From Bigelowiella natans CCMP2755 (taxonomy: Eukaryota; Protista; Cercozoa): 64,000 nt of DNA. The stretch spans positions 1-64,000 of the forward strand of contig ADNK01001542.1 of NCBI GenBank assembly GCA_000320545.1, written 5' to 3'. Under the pieces are notes generated by a model. That model had not been told where the DNA came from. It made no database searches and saw nothing but the letters and a program-made list of their open reading frames with translations. The first letter of the stretch is position 1; each line of letters starts with the position of its first letter. This document shows, one piece after another, positions 1 to 12,305 of this stretch. Both the position numbers and the translations under genes were made by a program.

Positions 1-256
1 AAAAATGGTCAACAAAGTTGAAACAAAAGTGAAAACACAAAAAGTCGGGTCTGAAGCAAAAGTGAGAAAATTCCAAAAATCAAAAGTGCAATGTGAGGAA
101 GAAGCAATCTCTGAGTGAACAAGACAAGAAAAAACAAGTTCAAAAAGAAGACAAAGAAGACAAGCAGCCAACGTGCAATCTGGAGCGTGCGAATCAGAAG
201 CGGTGTCCTCGGAAGGAAAACGTGTTGATCAGTTCGATCACACGACCTTTCCTTTT

Positions 257-332
257 GTGTGAGTGGTTTTTGCCTTTGAACCACTCGCAGTTCGCGAACC
301 ACGAGTGGTTCAAAGGCAAAAACCACTCACAC
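257..332. repeat. 76-bp near-perfect palindrome (hairpin/cruciform)
   Basis: gtgtgagtggtttttgcctttgaaccactcg-cagttcgcgaacca-cgagtggttcaaaggcaaaaaccactcacac, centred at 294/295. The only mismatches are 288-289 versus 300-301. Confidence 0.95.
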
Positions 333-340
333 GCTGAGAT

Positions 341-473
341 GACAAATTGGAGTGCGCATGCAATGACAGCTGCACATTGAGCAAAAAATTGTCGAAAAAC
401 ATCACCTGGTTTTTGAGATGGCTCACTTTTTGTGTCAATGTCACACGTTTGGGCAAGCTGTGACAAATGCCAA
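341..473 (+). repeat. Dispersed repeat family A, copy 1
   Basis: Aligns with 9546-9663 (core offset exactly 9200): caatgacagctgc...gtcgaaaaac...ttttgagatggctcactttttgtgtc...tttgggcaag. Confidence 0.9.
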
Positions 474-1224
474 AGTCACAGTGGCGGCTCGCAGACTCGC
501 AGCAGAGCTGGAAAATCGTCCCAGCAGCGTCTCAGCTTCGCCTGACACAATCGAAGACACAATTTGCATGTCAGTGTGCAATTCATCAGTGTGCGCAGCA
601 GTCATTGCAGTCATTCGATCGATGATGGTTGGACCACAACCAGCAGAAACTTGCAACCGCCCCAAAACCTGCTCGAGCGTTGTTTCTTGTCACGTTCGAA
701 AGTTGTCCATCATGTTTTCAAGCGTCATCACTTGGTGTGGTGTCGCGTTGCACGTACGTGCGCTGCTGCACCCAGAGTCAATCTGGGTGTCACATGGTTT
801 GTGCTGGTTGTGACAGCAATGAATGAAAGTTTGCAGTTCATCGCATGTTTCGTCGTGGCATGTAGCCCTGTGCCGTGTTGAGGTGCCAAAAAATGAACAG
901 AGATGGCATGTCATCACAGCAGAAGCATTTTTGCATGGGCTGGTGCGTGCAGAGCAGGCTAGCAAGGCTAGAAGGTGTTGTAGCAGTGGAAGTCTAGCCG
1001 CACAGATGACAAATGGGCTTGTCTCACTTGGTTTAGCAAACAACTCATTTTGGATGTCCAGAACACTGACGAGTGGTCTTGAAGCCTGGTCCTCGCGTGT
1101 CGTATTTTTCTGTTTCTGATGTCGACAAATCTTGATATCTGTGAAAGGGTGGGTTCCACTTGTTAGAACCCTCTTGAGAAAGACAAGCCAAATGTGATTG
1201 ATGAAGAACACTTCATCTGGAATT

Positions 1225-1626
1225 TCATTCTAGTTGACAAAAGAGCTGGTAATCAGGCTGTCCTATCTGCTCCGCATTTTTGGCTTCCCACGCACGAACA
1301 TAGTTGAACTTCACGGTGGTACTTCCCCCAGTACCTTTTGGAGCAACTCTAAACTCAAAAATACCACCACTACCAACAAGCTTGTCTTTGTTGCGTTGAT
1401 ACTCTGGTTCCCCTACTGTCACAACACCTTCACTCTCCATAGTTGCAACCCACGTATATCCAGTTGTGGGATTTCCGTTTAGCCTGACGATGCAAGCATC
1501 CTTTGATCCCGCTTTCATCTGGCATGCATTGGATCCCCCTTGAGATCCAAAGAAAGTTATCTTCTTTGCCTCTATGGCACTGACACAAAGGAGGAGGAGG
1601 CTTGCGATCCTGATGGAAGTCGTCAT
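1225..1626 (-). CDS. Chagasin/I42-family cysteine peptidase inhibitor, secreted, intronless
   Basis: All three chagasin loop motifs are present: NPTTGYTW, VGSGG and YVRAWE. A signal peptide-like MTTSIRIASLLLLCVSAIEA starts at the ATG at 1626; an upstream in-frame ATG at 1677 is also possible. Confidence 0.9.
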   Translation of the reverse strand: MTTSIRIASLLLLCVSAIEAKKITFFGSQGGSNACQMKAGSKDACIVRLNGNPTTGYTWVATMESEGVVTVGEPEYQRNKDKLVGSGGIFEFRVAPKGTGGSTTVKFNYVRAWEAKNAEQIGQPDYQLFCQLE

Positions 1627-2336
1627 TGTTCTCGTTTTGAAGTGGAAATTTCTAAGAGATTTCTTCAAGAAAGACATGTCTGCTATTCAGAATTTATATG
1701 TTGCGACATAACAGAATCCTAATAAACACAAGATAATTAAATCCGTTTGTTTATGTTTCTATTCATATAAGTGAATTGTAGATCTGACGATCCATAATAC
1801 TTTTTCCTCCTAGATCTAGAAGTTTGGCTAGATCTAGGTCGCATCCTTGACTGCCTAAAGAAAAAAGGAAAAAGTGAACATGGCATGGGTACCTTCTACT
1901 TGGATGGTAATCCCATGAGTCCTTGTTGTTTTTGTTGTCGCTCCAAATCATAGTAGTAGATCTCGATCTCGTGGATATTTTGGCCTTATCGTATTCAAAA
2001 TCGTTGCACATGTTGTAGTTCATAGCTGGGAAGTCAAGAATGCGAACAGAATAACTAACTAACTAACTACTAACTAGGTCGTATTATTTTGGCCTCATCA
2101 CATGACGATGATGATGATTTAGAACAAAAAACAATGCACAAATCATGAATGGATTAGTAACAATTTTTCCAAAAAATAGAATGCCGTTTTTACTCCGACA
2201 AGATCAACATTCCCTGTCGCAGACAAGAATTACGTCTAAGCTCCTTTTTTCAAATAAGCGTCGTTCCGACTCTCAACGGTCATCATCATCATCATCATCA
2301 TCATCACATCATTATCATTATCACGGAGAAAAGTCG

Positions 2337-2923
2337 ATGCCACGATTTCAATTCCATGCACGGAAAGACCCCATCAATTGGGAAGCATTGGAGACGCTGA
2401 ATCTCGCCGCTATCGTTCAATCCGGTGATGTGAATGCCTTGAGCTGTCAGATAGACAACGCCGCTTTTTCATGCGTGACAAAGGAAGATTTAAAGCAGGT
2501 ATTGTCAGCATCGTCCCCAAAGCTAGCAATTCACTTATCAACCCTCCTTATTCTTCCTACACACATAAAATAGGTGAACCCGGGTAGAGTCTTGGGCCTT
2601 ATTCGATACCTGCAAATTCTTGTGGAATATTTGCTCAAAGTACAAAACCATCTTGCAGAGGTCGGAGAAGCCAACCGCAGGTAATTCGTTGATTGATGAT
2701 GAGGTATTATAATCCGACACAGTAGAACGGCCGAGTCTATCACGAAATCAAGGTTTATGTGAAGAGGTTGGTGGTTTACTGTCCAGCCAATTCTAAGATC
2801 GATCGATCGATCACCAACAGAGAGAAATAGTCCAACCACAAAACTCTACGATCGATCGATCACCAACAGAGGGAAATATTAGTAGCCCTGAACGAGTGCA
2901 AAGAGTAATCCACATTGCAAAGC

Positions 2924-2961
<38 letters not shown>

Positions 2962-4671
2962 ACACCATATGTTTTTATTATTGTTCTTTATCTTTTTAGA
3001 ACCTCGATTCAACATTGCAGGGACATCACAGACCTGATCTTATATCCTTTTAGAACCGCGATTCAACATTCCAGGGACGTCAAAGACCTGAAGGCAACAC
3101 TTTCCTTAAGGGACCAGCAATTATCGAATGCTAGGGAATCGTCAAGGTGGTATTGAAAATGATCATTATCAGTAGCTATAATACAATTGACAACAACACC
3201 ATTATGGAAGAAGACATTCACCCAGTCATCATCCATGCATGCAACAATATCCAACCCTATGAATTTCTCTGTTAATCAGGCTTAAAGCGAAGGCAGCATT
3301 TGAGGAGGGGCGGGTACAAGGTTTGGAGGAAAAGAAAGAGAGGAAGGTACTTCCTTCTACCCTCCAAGAAGCATCATCATCATCATCATCAACAACAACC
3401 ACAACAGAATCGGCACTCGAACAATGAACTGACAACGACCCAATCATCATCCAAAAAAGAGAAACCAGCAGACTCTTCTTCGGGAAAGGTATTGGCAGAG
3501 ATCAAGCAACGACGATTTGAATGCAAGTATTGTCATGCTGCATTCAAAACAGAGGACTTTCTTAAAGGACATATTGACAGGTCTGATCTTCCCACTGATG
3601 ATGCCTGTTCATAAATATAAACAATGAAAAGAGGAGGAATATCAATAAATGCTATCGCTGCTGAATTGACTCCTCCTTCTCCTCCTCCTCATCTGCATAT
3701 TTATAGAAGCCACAGATGATATGAATTGCTGCTATCATCGATATATGAGACATTAGAAGCCACAGATGATATGAATTGCTGCTATCATCGATATATGAGA
3801 CATCATTGCCATCATCGATGTAGGACCATCATTCGACACCAACAGTATCCACCACCACCACCACCACCACCAATGCTTGTTTGAAATAGAATGCTGCTTT
3901 ACGTCCCAGGCTCACTTATTCCCTCCTTGTTTACACGCACACACACTAGACGTCACAGTGGAATCAGTACGCAGGTCAAAGGACTCCAGGTGATGATGAC
4001 AACGACAACAATAAGAACAACAACAGCAACAACAACACACAAATTGTGATTGATTGTGATGTTGGTGCATCACATGAAGAGAAGAGATGCATCTTGTGTT
4101 ACCGATGCTGGTGCATTAAATTAGAAGAGAATATGTATATCTACACTGATGATGTGGCGGATATGAATATTGGAAAGAATTATTTGAGATTGAATCAAGA
4201 GGAATAGCAGAAATATCTAAATAAACACTAATCTTGTGTCAGGATTTCATAAAAGACCAATTCTTCGTACAGCGAGGAGTATTAAAGGAAGATATCGATA
4301 GGATGGTAACCTCGTCTCTTACCAAAGCAATGCACATGGTAGTTGTTGTAGTAGTAGTAATAACAAGTTGGAATGTTATTACTTAATTATGATGATAACA
4401 ATAAAAAAGGCCAATGTCAAGAATTTATTGTGATGATAATGGTAATGATGATGATAATGTGTAGTTGTTGTGTCTTTGGCCTCTAGATAATTGGAAATGA
4501 AATATCCTCATGGACCTCCTCGACGACTCGAGAGCTTGGAGTAATCGGGTTAAAATTGATAACTCAACAGCACTTGCAAGCAAGCAACACACACATAGAC
4601 ACACACGCACACACGCACACACACATATCTCACGATATTCCTTACTTGAGATGACAGTCCCTCTTCACTTC

Positions 4672-4718
<47 letters not shown>

Positions 4719-4777
4719 TTCTCTTTCTCTTTTATTCTGTCTATATATGTCTATACCTGGACTCTTTGTTGTAATTC

Positions 4778-4813
<36 letters not shown>

Positions 4814-4897
4814 GGATTAACTATTATCTGTCTTGATCTGGACTCCTTTTTGTAATTCCTATTACTAATGTTACTAATGCTGCTGCTGCTGATGCTG

Positions 4898-4933
<36 letters not shown>

Positions 4934-4948
4934 GGGCACTTAACAATC

Positions 4949-4980
<32 letters not shown>

Positions 4981-5908
4981 CGCAACAACCGCTTTCAAGG
5001 TAGTAACTTATTCTGTCTTGCAGAGGAGGAAGAGTCATATTTATTAGATTGATGAAGCTAATATTGTATTATTGATAGCAGCTTTATTTTGAGATGGCCT
5101 TCTTATTATCATCATTTAATGTTCATTTGTCGCATCATGAAAACTACATCTGTTTTCTTTTCTTTCTTCCTTAAATAAACATCCAGAAAAATCAATTGAT
5201 ATTGGAGTTGGTAAAGAGCACAATAAGCCTCCGTCATCACCATCATCATCATCATCACCACTATTGTTCCCTGAAGCAAGAGATTCATCGTCATCTCTTC
5301 CCTCCAGTAGCGTTTTCTTCGAGACTCAATTATTTCGCAGTATTTTCAACACTCACACGGTAAATAAATGAAGAATTGATAAGATTTTCAAGATAGGAAT
5401 TGAATGATAGGAAACACAAAACCTGCCCCAAAAATCTAGAAAATCCTAAAGCGAAGGAGGGAGGAGGAGGAGGAGGAGGAGGAGGGGTTCACTTGCTGCT
5501 ATAATTCTCCGGCTGGCTCCTTTGAGATAGATAATAATAATAATAATAATAATAAGTGCGTTCGATTGACATATTTCATAAATAGCAAAAGTAATGCGTT
5601 TGATTGACATATATTTCATGAATAGCAAAAGTAATAGTTTAAGAGTACTACTACTACTACCATTTTCATTAGTAGTACTAAAATCAATCATGTGTTTGTC
5701 GATCAGTTATCGTAAATTAATATTTGTTGAAGTAGTAAATCATCATAATCTTTTAGGATTCTTATTATTAAAAAGATATGTTATGACTCAGGGGAGGGCA
5801 TCATCATCATCATCATCACAAAGATTCCCTCCTTCCAGGGCGACATTCTACCGATCACTGTTAAAAGGTATTATTAGCTGTTGTTGTGTCCTAAATTCTA
5901 GATAGATT

Positions 5909-5940
<32 letters not shown>

Positions 5941-7329
5941 CATTGGGATGTTCATGATAAGGATAATGATTCAAACATTGAGTAACTAAGAAAGAGAGGA
6001 GATAGTGGATCTACCAGAAATTAGAGGCTATAATGCAGCAGTAGCATCAGCAGCTGGCTGCCCATGACATAGAACTACAACTACTACTACTACTACTAAT
6101 AATAATAATAATAATAATGCGTCTATTACTACTATCATGTTGCTTTTGCACAACCACCACCATCAACACCACCCAATTATCATTTATTATTATTATGTAC
6201 TATTCTGCCTTGTACATGACGCTGCGGCTGCCTTGGGGGTACTTTCTTCATCACAATAACAACACATTGCCAATAAATAACAAAATGATACTATTCATGT
6301 TTCCTTAAATAATGAGAAACTACTTGATAAATTCGACTAAGTATTTAATTTCTTGCAGAAAACAACGAAACTACTTGATAAATTCGACTAAGTATTTAAT
6401 TTGTTGCAGAAAACAACGACAACTACGCAGAAAGTGTTGAAAGGGGTGATGATGAGGGGGGGGACGCACCGAACAAGAAGCAGCCAGGAGGAGATCATGG
6501 AGAAACAGCCAGAGTGAATGATGATATGCTGCTGCTGCTGTCAAATGGAGAAAGAAAAGATGGAAAAAGGAGGAGGGCGTTTGTGAAAAAAGAAAGAAGA
6601 TCAACAGATAACAGCATTGTAGCTGCTCGTGTCTTTGAGCTTATGGCTGACCAAAGTCCATCAGATACCCTAATGAATAATAAAGAAGGAGGATCAGGAA
6701 GGATGATAGGTTCACACGCCGATTATGGTAATAATACAAGTTCTTGTGACATCATCGGTTCTACATCAGATGTACGAAAGCTTGGGCGTCAGGAAGAGAA
6801 TGAGGAGGAGGAGGAGGGAGGGCAAGAAGAGACTGTTAGGAACACCGACATTATTGCCATTAGAGATATAGAATTTCGATCTGTGTTGCGGCATTTGTTA
6901 AGAAACTGCTACGATAATCTGGGGACTGTTGAGAACGAGTATCTCAATCGAGACGCCGTACAAATGGTAGTAGTAGTAGTAGAAGTAGTAGTAGTAGTAG
7001 GGTCATGATTACCTCTACTAGCTTGCTTTAGTTGTATGCTTCTTAAAGTGCGTATGTCTTACAGATTGACCATCATCATGAAGAACAACAAGAAGAAGTA
7101 GAATGACTCCATTGGTTCCCTCCATTCCATTGATTTTGTACTATTCGAAAAGGTGCTTCGTTTTGTGCTTAAGGCAGCAGCCTCCTCAAGTCGTTCATTT
7201 AGTGGGACTACTACAACAGAAATAAGAGAAGATTCTCTTTTTTGTGAGTCTAACGATAGCAGAGAAGGAGAAGAGGAGGAGGGAATTTCTCTCAGCAAGT
7301 TCCATCACATTTTATGCAAAGCAATGTAA
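2337..7329 (+). CDS. DZIP1/Iguana-like ciliary C2H2 zinc-finger coiled-coil protein (multi-exon)
   Basis: Dzip-like N-terminus FQFHARKDPINWEALETLNL...SCVTKEDLKQ|VNPGRVLGLIRYLQILVEYLLKVQ (intron 2499-2573), then C2H2 finger FECKYCHAAFKTEDFLKGHIDR|RH. The 3' exons and stop codon are approximate. Confidence 0.75.
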
Positions 7330-8016
7330 TATTAATCATCTTGTATTTGGATAAAATAAAGTATCATGCTTCAGGCAGATGATGATCATTTCAGAAACAC
7401 TTCATCATTACTATTCTGAGTAGTAGTAGTAGTAGGAACATATTGAAAGCAAATAAATTGTGCGACTACGTAAACTGTAATAATGGGTATGTCGTAGAGG
7501 CAAAATCGCTGCTGCTACTTGACGGAAATTGGGGTGTTGACTTAATTTCTATTTTGCCTCTTCAGCCCTTTAACATGCTAAAAGATTCCTTTAAGTTCAT
7601 TGAATGATGATGGTGAAAAGCCATGGGACAAAGACAATATAATTTGAATATTCTCAATTGTTTTATTTTTCAGGTATGTTAATCTTCTCGGTGGCTCTGT
7701 ACTACCAATGTTGTGTCGTTTGACGAAATTAGCTTTCAGTGAGGATGCATTAGGGACCGTCACGCAATATTTAGAGAAATGCAGTAATTAGTTGATGTAA
7801 TGCCAAATTTCCAAACGTAGCAATCAAATCATCATTACATGCATACTACGGAAGTTCTTAAATGTAACACATGTACCATAGCAAAATACTCATCATTATC
7901 ATCATCAATGGGGCGCCTATTATTGTGTTTATTGTGGCGGTATGATGTGAGTGTATCCATCTGCATGCACGTCTAGACGGATACATGCATGCATATGTGT
8001 GTGACGTGGCCAAGGA

Positions 8017-8116
8017 AACAAACAGACACAATTTAAGCGCTGTAGCCGCTGCATTGCACAGCTACATTAGGATGACCATTGAAAAAATTTGAACATTTCA
8101 TCACATCCGTCTCATA
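8017..8116 (+). repeat. Dispersed repeat family B, copy 1
   Basis: acaaacagaca...gtagccgctgc.ttgcacagctacattaggatgaccattga...tcatcacatccgtctcat matches 44357-44485 (+) and 61690-61756 (-). Confidence 0.85.
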
Positions 8117-9545
8117 TGTGTGTGACGACGAGAAATACTAGATCAGATGGAACTACGACAATCGAGACAAAAAATGATGCCAACTAGTAGCTAGCTAGTA
8201 CTTAAGCGGTACCACTCTAGCACTCAAGCACTGCGGTGACACACACTGGCTAGCTAGCAGCAAAACACCTGGACTGCACTTGTAGGTGTGCGCCGCACAT
8301 CGCAAAAATGATGCAAGAATGGCATTTTGTCTGCCAGCATCTCCAGATCGACAAAAAGTGCTTTCTGGTCTAGCAGTGCGTGGTGAATACAGTCATTTGC
8401 AACAATTGCATCTGATCATGCGCACGTGCATTGTGCACAGCATCATTGTGAGATGGAAACTGAAACAAGCCAGCAGGCAATGAATGGCAGCAGATTGGCA
8501 CAATTGGACAGTTCTGGAGTTCTGGAGTTGTGCATGCTGGCATGACAGCACCACGCAAATGTCTGGGTCCACATGCATCTAGATGTCCAGATCTGCAGAG
8601 ATGTTCTTTGGATGTCGATCATGCACATGAAACATCCAGATGATCCCCATCCATGCTAGCATGGTAAGTTGTCACACCATGCTAGCAACGTGTGGTGCAC
8701 GTGACGACGTGCACACGTGAATGCCAGCATGCAGCAAACACTGCACACATCTGGACACAAACTGCCATCTAGCCATGCAGCCCAACGTGGACTGGCAGAG
8801 ACAATGTGTCTGCAGCATGCTAGCATGGTGGAGCCACATCAAGATTCACAGGTTGCATTCAATGCAAAACACGGCAATCACAGCTTGCCCAAACCGTGCA
8901 ACATTGGGCTGTCTAGCTGTGTGACGAGCGGGGCCATGACGTGTGCGCACGTGTGGCCAGGAGCAACGCGCATGGGCACGGAATCGACCCAGCGATGTGA
9001 TGCAAGTTTTGTGTTCAATCTCGTTCTGGTTTTCGAGAAATTCCACTTTCATTGCCCAAAATTCAGCCACCTGCGTGCCACGCAAGGAGAACAACCTCGT
9101 GCACTTTGGTTCCAACTGGCTCCAAGCACAGCAGGAGTTGCAGAAACTGTTCCTCTGAGCTGTTGATCAAGAGCCATTTGACGTGCAGCACAAGTGGTTG
9201 GGCCCAAATCCAAAGTCTCGAGGAGACACCTTAGTTTTTGTTTTTTGAAAATTGAGCAAAATTGGGAAATCAGAGTTTTCACTTTTTCAAGAAAAAGCAA
9301 AAATGAACAACTCTCCCATTGCTAGATTGGCACGAGTGCTCAGAATTGCGCATGCACAGCAAAAAGTGATGAAAATTGCTGGAAGCACTGGTCAAACGAG
9401 TCCAGGAGTGTCAAAATGTCGGCACTTTGCTCCACTTGACCGTTTGGTGCGTGGTCACATGCAGCAAAGTGTCGACATTTTGTGTGTTCCCACGCTAGAC
9501 GTGCCGCACACCGAGAATTTTCACAAATGATCAAATTCAATCGTA

Positions 9546-9663
9546 CCAAATTGAAGTGCGCAATGACAGCTGCGTGTTGAGCAAAAAAATGTCGAAAAAC
9601 ACCATCCAGGTTTTGAGATGGCTCACTTTTTGTGTCGATGTTGCAGGTTTGGGCAAGATGTGA
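9546..9663 (+). repeat. Dispersed repeat family A, copy 2
   Basis: Aligns with 341-473. Confidence 0.9.
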
Positions 9664-9766
9664 TGCAAACATGTCTGCTGCATTGGCAAAGTGCAATCAT
9701 TGTGCACACGTAACAAATGGAACATTTCTAGACTCATCATCATCATCATCATTGCCACGAAGTCTT

Positions 9767-11672
9767 TCACATACTTTGATCTTCTGAGTAATTTTGCAAA
9801 AGGTCAAGCACTGACTTTCTTCGATTCATCATGTTCTCTCTATCTTTCTCCTCGACCAACAATATCTTTGGTTTTTCAACTAAACGGCGAGCAAGTTCCA
9901 AAGCAGATTCTGACGGGAGTCTAGTTCTTTTTCTTGCAACTCGCAAAGGAAGTTTTATATTCGGATTGGCACCTGCCTTTAACAGCACACGAATTGCTTC
10001 GTATTGCTGATTGAGTACAGCCCAATGTAAGCATGTGCGACCCCATTTGTCAAACGCCGACAGGATGATGGAGGCTTTACTTTTGCTACTCTTCAAATGC
10101 ATCATAGACGCATCGATTCCACTTAAAGTAGTAATAGTAGTATTTGCAGAAGTAGTAGTCGTATCGGCCTCATAAGTAGTATCATCGTCGGGTGATGATG
10201 ATGAGTCATGGAATGAAAGTAGTAAAACTTTTAAGGCAGTTACATTTCCGGTCCTTGCTGCCATGTGGAGAACTGTTTGTTGATTAACATCCCTGGCTTG
10301 AACATTTGCCTTAGCACAATTTATAAGGTACTTGATAGTCTTTTCTGTTGGTAATGATAATGGTGATTTGTGCTTATCCATTGCCGAAATAATACTAGTT
10401 GAACCAATGCTGCCTCTAGCACACACATGAAGAGGCGTCTCCCTTGCAGATGTTATGCTATTTACACACGCCTTATTCTCGATTAGGCACTTCATTGATC
10501 TCAAACAACCATTTTTTGCTGCAACGTGCATGGTAGATATGCCTGGAGTTCTATTTTTGACGTTAGCATTAACATCAGCTTTTGCCTCAAGAAGGGCAAG
10601 AATTCCTTGAACCCAGTCCATTTCTGTGGCGGATTTTAAAGCTTCATTCAACAACGGTGATGATGATGACTCCTCTTCCTCTTGCAAAGTTGTCATAATA
10701 TTACTGGCTAATGATGATGCAATAAGACTCATTGCCGACGTCATCCTCTTCTTTTTCACATCAAAATGAGAAGAAACCCTCTCCGCATCACCGCCTTCTT
10801 TGATGCTACCATCACCAATCTCACTTGTTGTTGGAAGTAATATTGCCTTCTTCTCCATCTTCTTCTTCTTCCTTCTTAAGGAGCTGAGTTTCTTCATCTT
10901 AGAGATTCTTTGTTCTGCTTTTGTGCACACGTCTAGGTTTGTTAGCAGTTCCATTTTGTTGTCTTCTAAGTGCTTTGAGAATAAATCAATGCGTGGATAT
11001 TTGAAGAGGTACGGTACTGATAACGGCCCAGATATGACCCCATAAGCAGCATCTACTAATTCCTTTCCTCCCTTAAGTCCTTGAGCAATAGTAGCACATA
11101 CCCTCAAAGCTGCGAGGGAATCGCCTCCAAGTTGAAAGAAATCAGCTTTCCGACCGATGATTTTTCCAATATTGTCACGACTACTATTACTACTGTATTG
11201 GTGTTGGTTAGTGGTTTCCTTCAAGCTATTTGGAGGTCTTGACGTCTCCTCCTTTGTTGTTGTTGTAGTAATAGCACCAAGGTCACATCCCGTGATACCG
11301 AGAAGTTCTGTAGCCCAGACAGCTGCTATGAAGCACTCCATAGGTGTTACTGGAACACCCCCTCCTCCTAAGTATGGAAAACATGATTGTAAGATAATGA
11401 AGATGTTAATTGCCAGCAACAGTGGTAGTAGTATCACTCTCCCTTAAATTATTTAAAATTTTAAGATAAAAGCGTACACCGAAGTCTTCTTCTTCTTCAT
11501 CTTCTTCATCTTCTCCCTCTATACCGTAGAGTAAGAACACGCACGCACACACAAACACACACACAAATTGCTCACCAATAATTGCTTGGTGCTTGTTACT
11601 AGATGATGTATCTTGCAATACGACATCATTATCACCTGATTATGATTTAAGAACACCACATGTTCCAATATA

Positions 11673-11708
<36 letters not shown>

Positions 11709-11731
11709 ACACACAAACACACAGAAAGAGT

Positions 11732-11775
<44 letters not shown>

Positions 11776-12274
11776 ATCAGAAGTGAAGAAAAAGAAGACA
11801 GGATGAGCACACCAGCAAGCATCATATTTTGGTACTATTCAGAACAATAGTGTACAATATTTGCCAATCATTACTGCAAGTCGATACTACTACTATTACT
11901 AATCTCAGATATGTGCGGTAGTAATAGTTGATAAAGTTGACAAAACATGTATTGCATTTAACATATACATTTATATAGATTACGTTGTTGTCCTGAAAGC
12001 AGCAGCAGCAGCTTCTTACGATCAAGTTTTCCCGTGTGTGTGAGAGGGATTTGGAGATGAACTTTAACACGATGTGGAACCTGTAGCAGCATATATAATG
12101 TACATAACGATATGAGCAGCATTATCAGCAGCTAATTATAACACTCTCTTCCAAAAAGAGAGAGCGGTGTGAGAAACAGTAAAAGGAGGATGAGTAGTAG
12201 GAGGAGGATAATGAGGTTGCACGGGAAAGGGTAGTAGTAGCATTGTTATTTTTCCTCTTCTTCTTCTTCTTCTT

Positions 12275-12305
<31 letters not shown>

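Larger units (their letters stand above)
1..1200. repeat. TpA-depleted island 1 (degenerate repeat/TE-derived DNA)
   Basis: By manual scan there is no TA dinucleotide in 1-754 (first at 755-756). The region is rich in TG/CA and retains CG. It shares about 130 bp with 9546-9663. Confidence 0.85.
7950..9760. repeat. TpA-depleted island 2 between convergent gene ends
   Basis: Manual count gives 13 TA in 8290-9700, 9 of them in CTAG. Contains copies of repeat families A and B. Confidence 0.85.

Noticed and set aside
9-1211. Many overlapping ORFs on both strands
   Set aside because: They are an artefact of TpA loss, which removes TAA/TAG stops. The peptides are Cys/His-rich, nearly Tyr-free and have no recognisable domain.
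1-9760. CpG-methylation decay or fungal RIP as the cause of TG/CA richness
   Set aside because: CG remains frequent, TA is the missing dinucleotide, and aligned copies retain TA at variable sites. RIP would increase TA.
8286-9770. Overlapping ORFs of 60-150 aa
   Set aside because: Same TA-depletion artefact. No transposase or RT motif is recognisable, so no TE class is assigned.
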